DNA of 64,000 nt from assembly GCF_050920415.1 (NCBI RefSeq), contig NZ_CP169309.1. The stretch is one strand, 5' to 3'. The position numbers and the translations under genes are program-made. The first letter of the stretch is position 1, and each line of letters opens with the position of its first letter. The DNA comes from Escherichia coli (lineage in GTDB: Bacteria > Pseudomonadota > Gammaproteobacteria > Enterobacterales > Enterobacteriaceae). Shown here in pieces: positions 1 through 16,498 of this stretch. The notes beneath the pieces are model-generated. The model was not told where the DNA came from, made no database searches, and worked only from the letters and a program-made list of their open reading frames with translations.

Positions 1-1081
1 TTAACCCTCTACAGAATAACAACAACTTCAAAGGGCGTAATGTTATTGTAATCTTTGCTGAGGGATTTTCATCGGAGATTATTGGTAATTCAAAAATGGC
101 GCATTTTCCAATTACGCCTAATTTAGATAAGTTATCTACTGAAGCACTAAGTTTTAAAAATTATTATAACCATACAGCAGTAACCTTTCGAGGTTTAAGA
201 GGCCAGTTAACTTCTGGCTATCAATTTCGTGATGGGTTAACTGATGCTGGTACTGGTATTGCACAATTATCTAACGTAGAAATTAATAATATTTATCTTC
301 ATCGTCAAACATCTTTGCCGAATATATTGAAAGAGTATGGCTATAAAAGTTATTTTATAGCGTCTACAGAAAAAATAGCCCACTCAACACTATGTTGAAA
401 ACGCTTAATTTTGATAAAGTTCTTGGTATGGGAGATTTTATTGGTTATCAACGCGACAGAATGACTGATAAGCAAACATTTAATGCACTGCAATATTTTT
501 TACGTTCTCAAGAAAATAAAAACGAACGCTTTTTTATTGGTGTGTACCCATCTGGTACTCATCATGGTCAAGATAGTCCAAATGAAAAATATTTTGATGG
601 TAGCAATCCTCTCTACAATAAATTCTATAACTATGATTTTCAGTTGGGGAAGTTTGTTGATTTTTTTCGGCGCAGTTCATTTTATGGCAATACGTTGTTG
701 ATAATTACATCGGATCATTCTACATTTCCTTCGACAGAATATAAGAAATCATTTAACAGCGATTCTCGTTATTTTGTGGACAAAATACCATTTCTGATCA
801 TTGGGAAAAATATTACGCCTGAAGTTTTAGATGCAGGAGGTGAAAATTCTTTAAGTTTCGCGCCAACAATATTGCACATGTTAGGGATTCAGTATTCAAT
901 GAATTATTTTTTGGGGTGTTCTCTTTTTGATAAGACGTGCACATCACCATTCTCACATCTTTCTGCTATTGGTAGTGATTATTTCAATACAGGCAAAGAA
1001 AATCATGTTGAACTAATTCAAAATAATAGTGGTAATGAATTAATAAAATTAGCCGAACGTTTTTATAACATTAGTGGCTAA
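1..1081 (+). pseudogene. Sulfatase-family (alkaline phosphatase superfamily) phosphotransferase-like gene, 5' end outside the window, frame broken near 392-398
   Basis: Open frame from window start to 398 (NVIVIFAEGFS metal-site-like motif), then continues in another frame 392..1081 (ITSDHSTFP motif). AT-rich, as expected for an O-antigen cluster gene beside gnd. The frame break could be a sequencing error. Confidence 0.5.
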
Positions 1082-1215
1082 ATATAAAAATGTACAAGTT
1101 ACAAGCAATTTCCTAATTAGGAAATATATGACTGTAAAAGAAGATATAAATTAAGCTATTCTTTATCTTCAATAAGCCGCAACCCCGCGGTGATCACCCC
1201 TGACAGGAGTAAACA

Positions 1216-2622
1216 ATGTCAAAGCAACAGATTGGCGTAGTCGGTATGGCAGTGATGGGGCGCAACCTTGCGCTCAACATCGAAAGCCGTGGTTATACCG
1301 TCTCTATTTTCAACCGTTCCCGTGAGAAGACGGAAGAAGTGATTGCCGAAAATCCAGGCAAAAAACTGGTTCCTTACTATACGGTGAAAGAGTTTGTTGA
1401 ATCTCTGGAAACGCCTCGTCGCATCCTGTTAATGGTGAAAGCAGGTGCAGGCACGGATGCTGCTATTGATTCCCTCAAGCCATACCTCGATAAAGGTGAC
1501 ATCATCATTGATGGTGGTAATACCTTCTTCCAGGACACCATTCGTCGTAACCGTGAGCTTTCTGCCGAAGGCTTTAACTTTATCGGTACCGGTGTCTCCG
1601 GTGGTGAAGAAGGTGCGCTGAAAGGTCCTTCCATTATGCCTGGTGGCCAGAAAGAAGCCTATGAACTGGTTGCACCGATCCTGACCAAAATCGCCGCCGT
1701 TGCTGAAGACGGCGAGCCATGCGTTACCTATATTGGTGCCGATGGTGCTGGCCACTATGTGAAGATGGTTCATAACGGTATTGAATACGGCGATATGCAG
1801 CTGATTGCTGAAGCCTATTCACTGCTTAAAGGTGGCCTGAGCCTCACCAACGAAGAACTGGCTCAGACCTTTACCGAGTGGAATAACGGTGAACTAAGCA
1901 GCTACCTGATCGACATCACCAAAGATATCTTCACCAAAAAAGATGAAGACGGTAACTACCTGGTTGATGTGATTTTGGATGAAGCAGCAAACAAAGGTAC
2001 AGGCAAATGGACCAGCCAGAGTGCGCTAGATCTCGGCGAACCGCTGTCGCTGATTACCGAGTCTGTGTTTGCACGTTATATCTCTTCTCTGAAAGATCAG
2101 CGTGTTGCCGCATCTAAAGTTCTCTCTGGCCCGCAAGGACAGCCAGCAGGCGACAAGGCTGAGTTCATCGAAAAAGTTCGCCGTGCGCTGTATCTTGGCA
2201 AAATCGTTTCTTACGCTCAGGGCTTCTCTCAGCTGCGTGCTGCGTCTGAAGAGTACAACTGGGATCTGAACTACGGCGAAATCGCGAAGATTTTCCGTGC
2301 TGGCTGCATCATTCGTGCGCAGTTCCTGCAGAAAATCACCGATGCTTATGCCGAAAATCCGCAGATCGCTAACCTGTTGCTGGCTCCTTACTTCAAGCAA
2401 ATTGCCGATGACTACCAGCAGGCGCTGCGTGATGTCGTTGCTTATGCAGTACAAAATGGTATCCCGGTTCCGACCTTCGCTGCTGCGGTTGCCTATTATG
2501 ATAGCTACCGTGCCGCTGTTTTGCCTGCGAACCTGATCCAGGCACAGCGTGACTATTTCGGTGCGCATACTTATAAGCGCATTGATAAAGAAGGTGTGTT
2601 CCATACCGAATGGCTGGATTAA
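1216..2622 (+). CDS. gnd: 6-phosphogluconate dehydrogenase, decarboxylating
   Basis: 468 aa [25 protein letters not shown]-terminus recognised as Gnd; RBS caggag upstream. Confidence 0.97.
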   Translation: MSKQQIGVVGMAVMGRNLALNIESRGYTVSIFNRSREKTEEVIAENPGKKLVPYYTVKEFVESLETPRRILLMVKAGAGTDAAIDSLKPYLDKGDIIIDGGNTFFQDTIRRNRELSAEGFNFIGTGVSGGEEGALKGPSIMPGGQKEAYELVAPILTKIAAVAEDGEPCVTYIGADGAGHYVKMVHNGIEYGDMQLIAEAYSLLKGGLSLTNEELAQTFTEWNNGELSSYLIDITKDIFTKKDEDGNYLVDVILDEAANKGTGKWTSQSALDLGEPLSLITESVFARYISSLKDQRVAASKVLSGPQGQPAGDKAEFIEKVRRALYLGKIVSYAQGFSQLRAASEEYNWDLNYGEIAKIFRAGCIIRAQFLQKITDAYAENPQIANLLLAPYFKQIADDYQQALRDVVAYAVQNGIPVPTFAAAVAYYDSYRAAVLPANLIQAQRDYFGAHTYKRIDKEGVFHTEWLD

Positions 2623-2648
2623 TCTGATTTAACCAACAATAAATTGAA

Positions 2649-2678
2649 GCCCGGCGTGTATTGCGCCGGTTTTTTTTT
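2649..2678 (+). terminator. Rho-independent terminator after gnd
   Basis: GC hairpin ccggcg...cgccgg followed by T9. Confidence 0.7.
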
Positions 2679-2859
2679 GCCGATTATCTTATAGACTAAA
2701 TTTCACTGCTTAATATTAACTTAATAAATATCAGCTATTCTTATAAAGAAAATCTGAATTGTTTTTTGTTGCGTTGACCATCTGACAACGTAGCGTTAAA
2801 ACTTTTAGCTCTTATCAGGATGCTAAAAACATCATGATTCACAGTTAAGTTAATTCTGA

Positions 2860-4035
<1,176 letters not shown>

Positions 4036-4044
4036 CATCCTGTT

Positions 4045-4072
4045 ATCAGGGCGATTTTCGCCCTGATTCTCT
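4045..4072 (+). terminator. Hairpin terminator after ugd
   Basis: tcagggcgattttcgccctga inverted repeat. Confidence 0.5.
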
Positions 4073-4178
4073 CATGTTCCCTTTGTAATAATTCATTATT
4101 TTTATCATTTATCCTATAGCATTCATGGCGATTATCGCTAAACTATGGCGACTTAAAATTATTTCGTCCGTTAGGGTA

Positions 4179-5159
4179 ATGATGAGAGTAGAAAATAATA
4201 ATGTTTCTGGGCAAAACCATGACCCGGAACAGATTGATTTGATTGATTTACTGGTCCAACTATGGCGTGGCAAGATGACAATCATCATTTCTGTCATTGT
4301 GGCTATAGCTCTGGCTATTGGATATTTGGCAGTAGCGAAGGAGAAATGGACGTCAACAGCAATTATCACTCAGCCCGATGTGGGGCAAATTGCTGGCTAT
4401 AACAATGCCATGAATGTTATCTATGGTCAGGCTGCACCGAAAGTATCGGATTTGCAGGAGACGTTAATTGGTCGCTTCAGTTCTGCCTTCTCTGCATTAG
4501 CAGAAACGCTGGATAATCAGGAAGAACCAGAAAAACTTACCATCGAACCTTCTGTTAAGAACCAGCAATTACCATTGACTGTTTCTTATGTTGGGCAAAC
4601 TGCAGAGGGCGCACAAATGAAGTTGGCCCAATACATTCAGCAAGTTGACGATAAAGTGAATCAAGAGCTAGAAAAGGATCTCAAGGACAACATTGCTCTG
4701 GGACGGAAAAACTTGCAGGACTCTTTAAGAACACAGGAAGTGGTTGCGCAGGAACAGAAAGATCTGCGTATCCGTCAGATTCAGGAAGCGTTGCAGTATG
4801 CGAATCAGGCGCAGGTGACAAAGCCACAAGTTCAGCAGACTGAAGATGTGACACAAGATACGTTGTTCCTTTTGGGGAGCGAAGCGCTGGAGTCGATGAT
4901 TAAGCACGAGGCGACCCGTCCGTTGGTGTTCTCGCCAAACTACTATCAGACTCGTCAAAACCTGCTGGATATCGAAAACTTAAAGGTTGATGATCTTGAT
5001 ATTCATGCTTACCGTTATGTGATGAAACCGACGTTACCTATTCGTCGCGATAGCCCGAAAAAGGCAATTACCTTGATTCTGGCGGTGCTGCTGGGCGGCA
5101 TGGTTGGCGCGGGGATTGTGCTGGGGCGTAACGCGCTGCGTAATTACAACGCGAAATAA
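4179..5159 (+). CDS. wzzB: O-antigen chain length determinant (Wzz, polysaccharide co-polymerase)
   Basis: ORF 4125..5159; start placed at internal Met (MMRVENNNV) to give about 326 aa; TM segments at both ends. Confidence 0.9.
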   Translation: MMRVENNNVSGQNHDPEQIDLIDLLVQLWRGKMTIIISVIVAIALAIGYLAVAKEKWTSTAIITQPDVGQIAGYNNAMNVIYGQAAPKVSDLQETLIGRFSSAFSALAETLDNQEEPEKLTIEPSVKNQQLPLTVSYVGQTAEGAQMKLAQYIQQVDDKVNQELEKDLKDNIALGRKNLQDSLRTQEVVAQEQKDLRIRQIQEALQYANQAQVTKPQVQQTEDVTQDTLFLLGSEALESMIKHEATRPLVFSPNYYQTRQNLLDIENLKVDDLDIHAYRYVMKPTLPIRRDSPKKAITLILAVLLGGMVGAGIVLGRNALRNYNAK

Positions 5160-5179
5160 TATTATTGTGCATTTAAGAG

Positions 5180-5217
5180 AAACGGGCAGGGTGGTGACAC
5201 CATGCCCGTTTTTTTTG
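5180..5217. terminator. Bidirectional terminator between convergent wzzB and hisI
   Basis: A-run, hairpin acgggca...tgcccgt, T8. Confidence 0.7.
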
Positions 5218-5253
5218 CCGGATGCGATGCTGGCGCATCTTATCCGGCCTACG
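5217..5253. repeat. REP (repetitive extragenic palindrome) element
   Basis: gccggatgcg...cttatccggcctac REP-type consensus. Confidence 0.6.
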
Positions 5254-5344
5254 TGTGTTGAGATAATGTGTAGGCACGATAAGCTTGCGCATCGGGCAAT
5301 GGCTCCGGGTGTGACAACAACATCACACCTGCTCAGCCCGCAAC

Positions 5345-5949
5345 TCACTGATGCCGTTTACGCAGGTTCTCAATTACCGTCGTTAAATCCAGATCCTGAT
5401 CCTGCAACAGCACCAGCAGGTGATACATCAAATCAGACGCCTCGTTGGTCAGCTCAAAGCGGTCATGTACCGTTGCTGCCAGTGCGGTTTCCACGCCTTC
5501 TTCGCCCACTTTCTGCGCAATGCGTTTAGTGCCGCTGGCATACAGTTTGGCGGTGTAAGAGGTTTCCGGGTCGGCAGATTTCCGTTCGGCGAGCAGTTGT
5601 TCCAGTTGATACAGGAACAGCCACTGGTGAGCGGTGTTGCCGAAGCAGCTGTTGGTGCCTTTGTGGCAGGTCGGGCCGATGGGATTCGCCAGCACCAGCA
5701 ATGTGTCGTTGTCGCAGTCCGGCGCAATGCTCACTACGTCGAGGAAATTGCCGGACGTTTCACCTTTGGTCCACAGTCGCTGTTTAGTGCGCGAGAAGAA
5801 GGTGACTTTGCCGCTTTCGATGGTTTTGTCCAGAGCTTCCGGATTCATATAGCCCAGCATTAGCACTTCGCCGGATACCGCGTGTTGAACAATTACCGGC
5901 ATCAATCCGTCGGTTTTTTCCCAGTCCAGTTCGCGACGTTGTTGTTCTG

Positions 5950-5956
<7 letters not shown>
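5345..5956 (-). CDS. hisI: Bifunctional phosphoribosyl-AMP cyclohydrolase / phosphoribosyl-ATP pyrophosphatase
   Basis: 203 aa, recognised HisIE; overlaps hisF stop. Confidence 0.95.
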
Positions 5957-8034
<2,078 letters not shown>

Positions 8035-8035
<1 letters not shown>

Positions 8036-9101
8036 TACAGCACTCCTTTAGACGAGGGCAGGGTATCGCCTTCCACGCGGATGGCCTGGCGCAGGGTGCG
8101 ACCAAAAGCTTTGAACAGGCTCTCTACACGGTGGTGATCATTTTTACCTTTGGTTTTCAGGTGCAGGGTCACGCCCATGGTGTATGAGAGCGAACGGAAG
8201 AAGTGCTCGATCATTTCGGTGCTGAGATCGCCTACACGCTGGTAGGTAAACTCGGCTTTATATTCCAGGTGCGGGCGACCAGAGATATCCAGCGCGCAGC
8301 GGGCAAGACATTCGTCCATCGGCAGCACAAAACCGAAGCGGCAAATACCGCGTTTGTCGCCAAGAGCTATTTTTAACGCTTCGCCCAGCGCCAGACCGGT
8401 ATCTTCGACAGTGTGGTGATCGTCGATATAGAGGTCGCCTTTAACGTTGATTTCCATCCGGAAGCCGCCGTGGGTAGCAATCTGATCCAGCATGTGATCA
8501 AAGAAGCCAACGCCGGTGTTAATCTTGCTGCCGCCTTCGCGATCCAGCCACACCTGAACGTCAATCTGCGTCTCTTTGGTATTACGCACTACGTGAGCGT
8601 AACGATCGCGTTTAGTGAGCTGTTCGCCAATCATTGGCCAGTTCAGGGTTTCGCGGTCGTAGCGTAAACCATTAATGCCCATGTTTTCCGCCAGTTGAAT
8701 ATCGGTCGCGCGATCGCCAATTACATAACTGTTAGCGCGATCCATCGCTTGCTCAGCCAGGTAACGTTCCACCAGTTTTACTTTCGGCTTACGGCAGTCG
8801 CACTCATCGGCGGGCAAGTGCGGGCAAATCAGCACTTCATCAAACTGCACGCCTTGCGAGGTGAAGATCTGCATCATCAGATTGTGCGGGCCATCGAAAT
8901 CCGCCTGCGGGAAACTTTGTGTTCCCAGACCATCCTGATTAGTGATCATCACCAGCTTGTAGCCCGCTTTTTGCAGCCTCAGCAGTTCCGGGATCACGCC
9001 CGGTTCAAAGGCGAGTTTGTCAAAACGGTCCACCTGAAAATCACTCGGCGGTTCGCTAATCAGGGTTCCATCGCGATCAATAAAAAGATACTTCTGACTC
9101 A

Positions 9102-9102
<1 letters not shown>
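8035..9102 (-). CDS. hisB: Bifunctional histidinol-phosphatase / imidazoleglycerol-phosphate dehydratase
   Basis: ORF 8035..9105; start at [14 protein letters not shown], 355 aa. Confidence 0.96.
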
Positions 9103-11473
<2,371 letters not shown>

Positions 11474-11478
11474 GGCGA

Positions 11479-12378
11479 TCACTCCATCATCTTCTCAATC
11501 GGCAGGACCAGGATTGAACTGGCACCCAGCGCTTTCAGTTTTTCCATCGTTTCCCAGAACAGGGTTTCGCTGCTGACCATGTGCATCGCTACGCGCTGTT
11601 GATCACCCGCCAGCGGTAGAATGGTTGGGCGTTCGGCACCTGGCAGCAGGGCGATGACTTCATCCAGTCGGTCGGTTGGTGCGTGCATCATGATGTATTT
11701 TGATTCGCGCGCCTGGATCACGCCCTGAATACGCGTCAGCAGTTTGTCGATCAGTTGCTGTTTGGATTCTTCCATTTCGCCATCGCGTTGGATCAGGCAG
11801 GCTTTCGAGCGGTAGATAACTTCGACTTCGCGCAGGCCGTTAGCTTCCAGCGTGGCACCGGTGGAAACCAGATCGCAAATCGCATCCGCCAGTCCGGCGC
11901 GCGGCGCAACTTCGACAGAACCGTTCAGTAAGCAGGATTTAAAAGAGATGCCTTTCTGATCGAGATAACGCTTGAGCAGGTGAGGATAAGAGGTGGCGAT
12001 ACGTTTACCGTTTAAGGAGAGCGGGCCGTCCCAGGCTTCATCAACCGGCGTTGCCAGCGAAAGGCGGCAGCCGCCGAAATCCAGACGACGCAGGGTAAAG
12101 TAGCGAGGATCTTCACCCTGGGCGCGGCGGTTAAGCAGCTCTTCTTCCAGCACGTTTTCGCCGATAATCCCAAGGTCAACCACGCCGTCCATTACCAGAC
12201 CGGGAATGTCGTCGTCACGCACGCGCAGAATATCAATCGGCATGTTTTCTGCCATCGCGATCAGGCGCTGGGTGTGAAGATTAATTTTAATGCCGCAGCG
12301 CGCCAGTAATTCGCGTGAGTCATCACTTAAACGGCCGGATTTCTGCATAGCTATGCGTAAACGAGTGTTGTCTGTCAT
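11479..12378 (-). CDS. hisG: ATP phosphoribosyltransferase
   Basis: ORF 11479..12417; start at [17 protein letters not shown], 299 aa. Confidence 0.96.
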   Translation of the reverse strand: MTDNTRLRIAMQKSGRLSDDSRELLARCGIKINLHTQRLIAMAENMPIDILRVRDDDIPGLVMDGVVDLGIIGENVLEEELLNRRAQGEDPRYFTLRRLDFGGCRLSLATPVDEAWDGPLSLNGKRIATSYPHLLKRYLDQKGISFKSCLLNGSVEVAPRAGLADAICDLVSTGATLEANGLREVEVIYRSKACLIQRDGEMEESKQQLIDKLLTRIQGVIQARESKYIMMHAPTDRLDEVIALLPGAERPTILPLAGDQQRVAMHMVSSETLFWETMEKLKALGASSILVLPIEKMME

Positions 12379-12422
12379 TTTCTTATTCCTCTTTAAACCT
12401 GTCTGAACCGTTATCAACCGCG

Positions 12423-12460
12423 CAATAAAAAAGCCCCCGGAAGGTGATCTTCCGGGGGCT
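12423..12460 (-). terminator. his operon attenuator terminator
   Basis: On minus strand: hairpin agcccccggaagatcaccttccgggggct followed by U-run, between hisL and hisG. Confidence 0.85.
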
Positions 12461-12523
12461 TTCTCATACGTTCATGCACCACTGGAAGATCTGAATGTCT
12501 TCCAGCACACATCGCCTGAAAGA

Positions 12524-12574
12524 CTAGTCAGGATGATGGTGATGATGGTGGTGTTTAAATTGAACGCGTGTCAT
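12524..12574 (-). CDS. hisL: his operon leader peptide (7 consecutive His codons)
   Basis: Minus strand ATGACACGCGTTCAATTTAAACACCACCATCATCACCATCATCCTGACTAG read directly = MTRVQFKHHHHHHHPD. Confidence 0.92.
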   Translation of the reverse strand: MTRVQFKHHHHHHHPD

Positions 12575-12797
12575 AAAAGTCTCTGTGAATGTTTATTCAA
12601 CTGATGTCTTTTAACCTAAACCACTTTCACGTTAGAAAGCAAGGGCTTTTTTATATATTTTATGGCGATGGATTTGTTTAATGAATGAGCGGGGAAAGGA
12701 GAGGGCCAGGAGTGGCTACGTTAAAAAAGTAATCGTGAAAATATGTCTTTAAAACCCTCAAGAACATTGTGTTCTGTAACTAAAGTGGGCTTGGTTC

Positions 12798-12897
12798 CTG
12801 CCGGATGCGGCGTGAATGCCTTATCTGGTCTACAAATGTTGCCTAAATTCAATATATTGATGTTTTTGTAGGACTGATAAGCGGAGCGCATCAGGCA
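12798..12897. repeat. BIME-like pair of REP elements
   Basis: ccggatgcggcgtgaatgccttatctggtctac and gactgataagcggagcgcatcaggc, REP-type palindromes. Confidence 0.5.
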
Positions 12898-13000
12898 ATT
12901 GTATATTTGCTAACAGTTTCGATTTCATTCATAGAATGAATTGTCAGTTTTGATACGCTAGCGTAGCCTTATAGATCTAAGGTGTATCAGGAGATAACGG

Positions 13001-13825
13001 ATGAAAAAGGTCGCAATTGTCGGGTTAGGGTGGTTAGGTATGCCGCTAGCGATGTCACTTTCAGCGCGAGGCTGGCAAGTCACCGGGAGTAAAACCACAC
13101 AAGATGGCGTCGAAGCGGCCCGAATGAGTGGCATTGATAGTTATCTGCTTCGCATGGAACCTGAGTTAGTTTGCGATTCTGACGATCTGGATGCCCTGAT
13201 GGATGCTGATGCGCTGGTCATCACGCTTCCGGCACGTCGTAGCGGCCCCGGCGATGAGTTCTATTTACAAGCGGTACAAGAGTTAGTGGATAGTGCGCTG
13301 GCTCATCATATTCCCCGCATTATTTTTACCAGCTCAACGTCTGTCTATGGCGACGCACAAGGCACCGTTAAAGAAACGACCCCGCGTAATCCGGTGACCA
13401 ACAGTGGACGAGTATTAAAAGAACTTGAAGACTGGCTGCACAATTTACCCGGTACTTCAGTCGATATTCTGCGTCTTGCGGGCCTGGTCGGGCCGGAACG
13501 TCATCCTGGTCGCTTTTTTGCCGGAAAAACCGCGCCTGATGGTGAACATGGTGTCAATTTAGTCCATTTAGAAGATGTTATTGGCGCTATCACCCTGTTG
13601 TTACAGGCACCTAAAGGCGGACACATCTATAATATATGTGCGCCAGCTCACCCTGCGCGTAATGTTTTCTATCCGCAGATGGCCCGTTTACTGGGACTGG
13701 AACCTCCGCAGTTCAGAAATAGTCTGGACAGCGGCAAAGGTAAGATTATTGATGGCAGTCGGATTTGTAATGAACTGGGATTTGAATACCAGTATCCCGA
13801 TCCGCTGGTAATGCCGCTGGAGTAA
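13001..13825 (+). CDS. yeeZ: NAD(P)-binding epimerase/dehydratase-family protein
   Basis: 274 aa, N-terminal GxxGxxG-like MKKVAIVGLGWLG. Confidence 0.85.
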   Translation: MKKVAIVGLGWLGMPLAMSLSARGWQVTGSKTTQDGVEAARMSGIDSYLLRMEPELVCDSDDLDALMDADALVITLPARRSGPGDEFYLQAVQELVDSALAHHIPRIIFTSSTSVYGDAQGTVKETTPRNPVTNSGRVLKELEDWLHNLPGTSVDILRLAGLVGPERHPGRFFAGKTAPDGEHGVNLVHLEDVIGAITLLLQAPKGGHIYNICAPAHPARNVFYPQMARLLGLEPPQFRNSLDSGKGKIIDGSRICNELGFEYQYPDPLVMPLE

Positions 13826-13870
13826 ACGATCACGCCAGCAGGACGCCGCATGCACTGCAAGGGGGCGTGT

Positions 13871-14800
13871 ATGAAACCACTGCTGGATGTGTTGATGATC
13901 CTCGATGCCTTAGAAAAAGAAGGCAGTTTTGCGGCGGCGTCGGCCAAACTCTATAAGACGCCGTCTGCTCTGAGTTACACCGTTCACAAGCTGGAAAGCG
14001 ACCTTAATATTCAATTGCTTGATCGTAGCGGTCACCGCGCAAAATTCACCCGCACCGGAAAAATGTTATTAGAGAAGGGGCGGGAAGTTCTGCATACCGT
14101 GCGAGAACTGGAAAAACAGGCGATAAAACTGCATGAAGGCTGGGAAAACGAGCTGGTGATTGGCGTGGACGACACGTTTCCTTTTTCTCTGCTTGCGCCA
14201 CTCATTGAAGCTTTTTATCAACATCATAGCGTGACGCGCCTGAAGTTTATCAATGGCGTACTCGGTGGTTCATGGGATGCCCTGACTCAGGGGCGAGCGG
14301 ATATTATTGTTGGCGCGATGCATGAGCCACCATCTTCCAGTGAGTTTGGTTTCTCACGGTTGGGCGATCTTGAACAAGTCTTTGCGGTCGCGCCCCATCA
14401 TCCGTTAGCCCAGGAAGAAGAACCGTTAAACCGTCGTATCATTAAGCGATATAGGGCGATTGTGGTAGGGGATACTGCGCAGGCAGGCGCTTCTACGGCC
14501 TCGCAACTTCTCGACGAACAAGAAGCCATTACCGTTTTCGATTTTAAAACCAAGCTGGAGCTGCAAATTAGCGGCCTCGGCTGCGGCTATTTACCCCGTT
14601 ATCTGGCACAACGTTTTCTCGATAGTGGCGCGTTAATCGAGAAGAAAGTGGTCGCCCAAACTCTCTTTGAACCTGTCTGGATTGGCTGGAACGAACAGAC
14701 CGCAGGACTTGCCAGCGCCTGGTGGCGAGACGAGATTTTAGCAAATAGTGCGATCGCCGGTGTTTATGCAAAATCTGATGACGGAAAATCAGCCATTTAA
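13871..14800 (+). CDS. yeeY: LysR-family transcriptional regulator
   Basis: ORF 13850..14800; start at MKPLLDVLMILDALEKEGSFAAAS (HTH), 309 aa. Confidence 0.85.
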   Translation: MKPLLDVLMILDALEKEGSFAAASAKLYKTPSALSYTVHKLESDLNIQLLDRSGHRAKFTRTGKMLLEKGREVLHTVRELEKQAIKLHEGWENELVIGVDDTFPFSLLAPLIEAFYQHHSVTRLKFINGVLGGSWDALTQGRADIIVGAMHEPPSSSEFGFSRLGDLEQVFAVAPHHPLAQEEEPLNRRIIKRYRAIVVGDTAQAGASTASQLLDEQEAITVFDFKTKLELQISGLGCGYLPRYLAQRFLDSGALIEKKVVAQTLFEPVWIGWNEQTAGLASAWWRDEILANSAIAGVYAKSDDGKSAI

Positions 14801-15066
14801 AGAAAAATTATTATGACAAGCCTCTCATTCTCTTGTCATTTCCCCCCCATTTAGGCACAATGCGCCGCTGTCAAAAAATGACTAAAAACCGACGTTTAAT
14901 TAGCGTCGGTTATTTTTTGCTTCAAACCAATCATTCATACCAAGAGGCCGGGCTTCGTACCGGATAGATATTTACTAAAAATCGACAGTTGTTGTCGCTG
15001 AGGAATCCAAAAAAATGGGGCAATTTTTTGCTTACGCGACGGTTATTACCGTAAAGGAGAATGACC

Positions 15067-16425
15067 ATGTCGCATAACGTTACTCCAAACACCTCTCGCG
15101 TGGAATTGCGTAAAACGCTTACGTTAGTTCCGGTTGTAATGATGGGTCTTGCCTATATGCAGCCGATGACGCTGTTTGATACATTTGGTATCGTTTCAGG
15201 CCTCACGGATGGTCATGTGCCGACAGCCTATGCGTTCGCATTGATTGCGATCCTGTTTACGGCTCTGAGCTACGGGAAGCTGGTTCGCCGCTATCCTTCT
15301 GCTGGCTCTGCATACACTTACGCCCAGAAATCCATTAGCCCGACCGTCGGCTTTATGGTGGGTTGGTCTTCTCTGCTCGACTATCTGTTCGCGCCGATGA
15401 TCAACATTCTGCTGGCGAAAATCTATTTTGAAGCTCTGGTGCCTTCCATCCCATCGTGGATGTTTGTGGTGGCGCTGGTGGCCTTTATGACCGCCTTTAA
15501 CCTGCGTAGTCTGAAATCCGTAGCGAACTTCAACACCGTCATCGTGGTGTTGCAGGTAGTGCTGATCGCGGTGATTCTGGGCATGGTTGTTTATGGCGTA
15601 TTTGAAGGTGAAGGCGCTGGTACGCTGGCGAGCACTCGTCCGTTCTGGTCTGGCGATGCGCATGTTATTCCGATGATTACCGGGGCGACAATCCTGTGCT
15701 TCTCCTTTACCGGCTTTGACGGCATCAGCAACCTGTCGGAAGAAACCAAAGATGCAGAGCGCGTGATCCCGCGTGCGATTTTCCTGACCGCGCTGATCGG
15801 CGGCATGATCTTCATCTTTGCAACTTACTTCCTGCAACTGTATTTCCCGGATATCTCTCGCTTTAAAGATCCGGATGCGTCACAGCCTGAAATCATGCTG
15901 TACGTTGCGGGTAAAGCGTTCCAGGTTGGCGCGCTGATCTTCTCCACCATTACCGTACTGGCGTCCGGTATGGCGGCGCACGCAGGCGTGGCGCGTCTGA
16001 TGTACGTAATGGGTCGTGACGGCGTATTCCCGAAAAGCTTCTTCGGTTATGTGCACCCGAAATGGCGTACTCCGGCAATGAACATCATCCTGGTTGGCGC
16101 GATTGCTCTGCTGGCAATCAACTTCGACCTGGTAATGGCTACGGCGCTGATTAACTTTGGTGCGCTGGTGGCGTTCACCTTCGTTAACCTGTCGGTTATC
16201 TCGCAGTTCTGGATCCGTGAGAAGCGTAACAAGACGCTGAAAGATCACTTCCAGTATCTGTTCCTGCCGATGTGTGGTGCGCTGACTGTAGGTGCGCTGT
16301 GGGTTAACCTGGAAGAAAGCTCAATGGTTCTGGGGCTGATCTGGGCGGCAATCGGTCTGATTTACCTGGCTTGCGTCACCAAGAGCTTCCGTAACCCGGT
16401 TCCGCAGTACGAAGACGTTGCATAA
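15067..16425 (+). CDS. plaP: Putrescine importer (APC-family amino acid/polyamine permease)
   Basis: ORF 15061..16425; start at [16 protein letters not shown], 452 aa, multi-TM. Confidence 0.9.
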   Translation: MSHNVTPNTSRVELRKTLTLVPVVMMGLAYMQPMTLFDTFGIVSGLTDGHVPTAYAFALIAILFTALSYGKLVRRYPSAGSAYTYAQKSISPTVGFMVGWSSLLDYLFAPMINILLAKIYFEALVPSIPSWMFVVALVAFMTAFNLRSLKSVANFNTVIVVLQVVLIAVILGMVVYGVFEGEGAGTLASTRPFWSGDAHVIPMITGATILCFSFTGFDGISNLSEETKDAERVIPRAIFLTALIGGMIFIFATYFLQLYFPDISRFKDPDASQPEIMLYVAGKAFQVGALIFSTITVLASGMAAHAGVARLMYVMGRDGVFPKSFFGYVHPKWRTPAMNIILVGAIALLAINFDLVMATALINFGALVAFTFVNLSVISQFWIREKRNKTLKDHFQYLFLPMCGALTVGALWVNLEESSMVLGLIWAAIGLIYLACVTKSFRNPVPQYEDVA

Positions 16426-16463
16426 TCTTACAAGCCGGATGACATAATCATCCGGTAAATCTC

Positions 16464-16496
16464 AAAAAGCCGGAGTTTGTCGCTCCGGCTTTTTTG
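16464..16496. terminator. Bidirectional terminator between convergent plaP and sbcB
   Basis: aaaaagccggag...ctccggctttttt. Confidence 0.75.
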
Positions 16497-16498
16497 TT

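Noticed and set aside
483-701. 72-aa ORF inside the sulfatase-family gene
   Set aside because: Alternative frame within a gene with clear family motifs in another frame.
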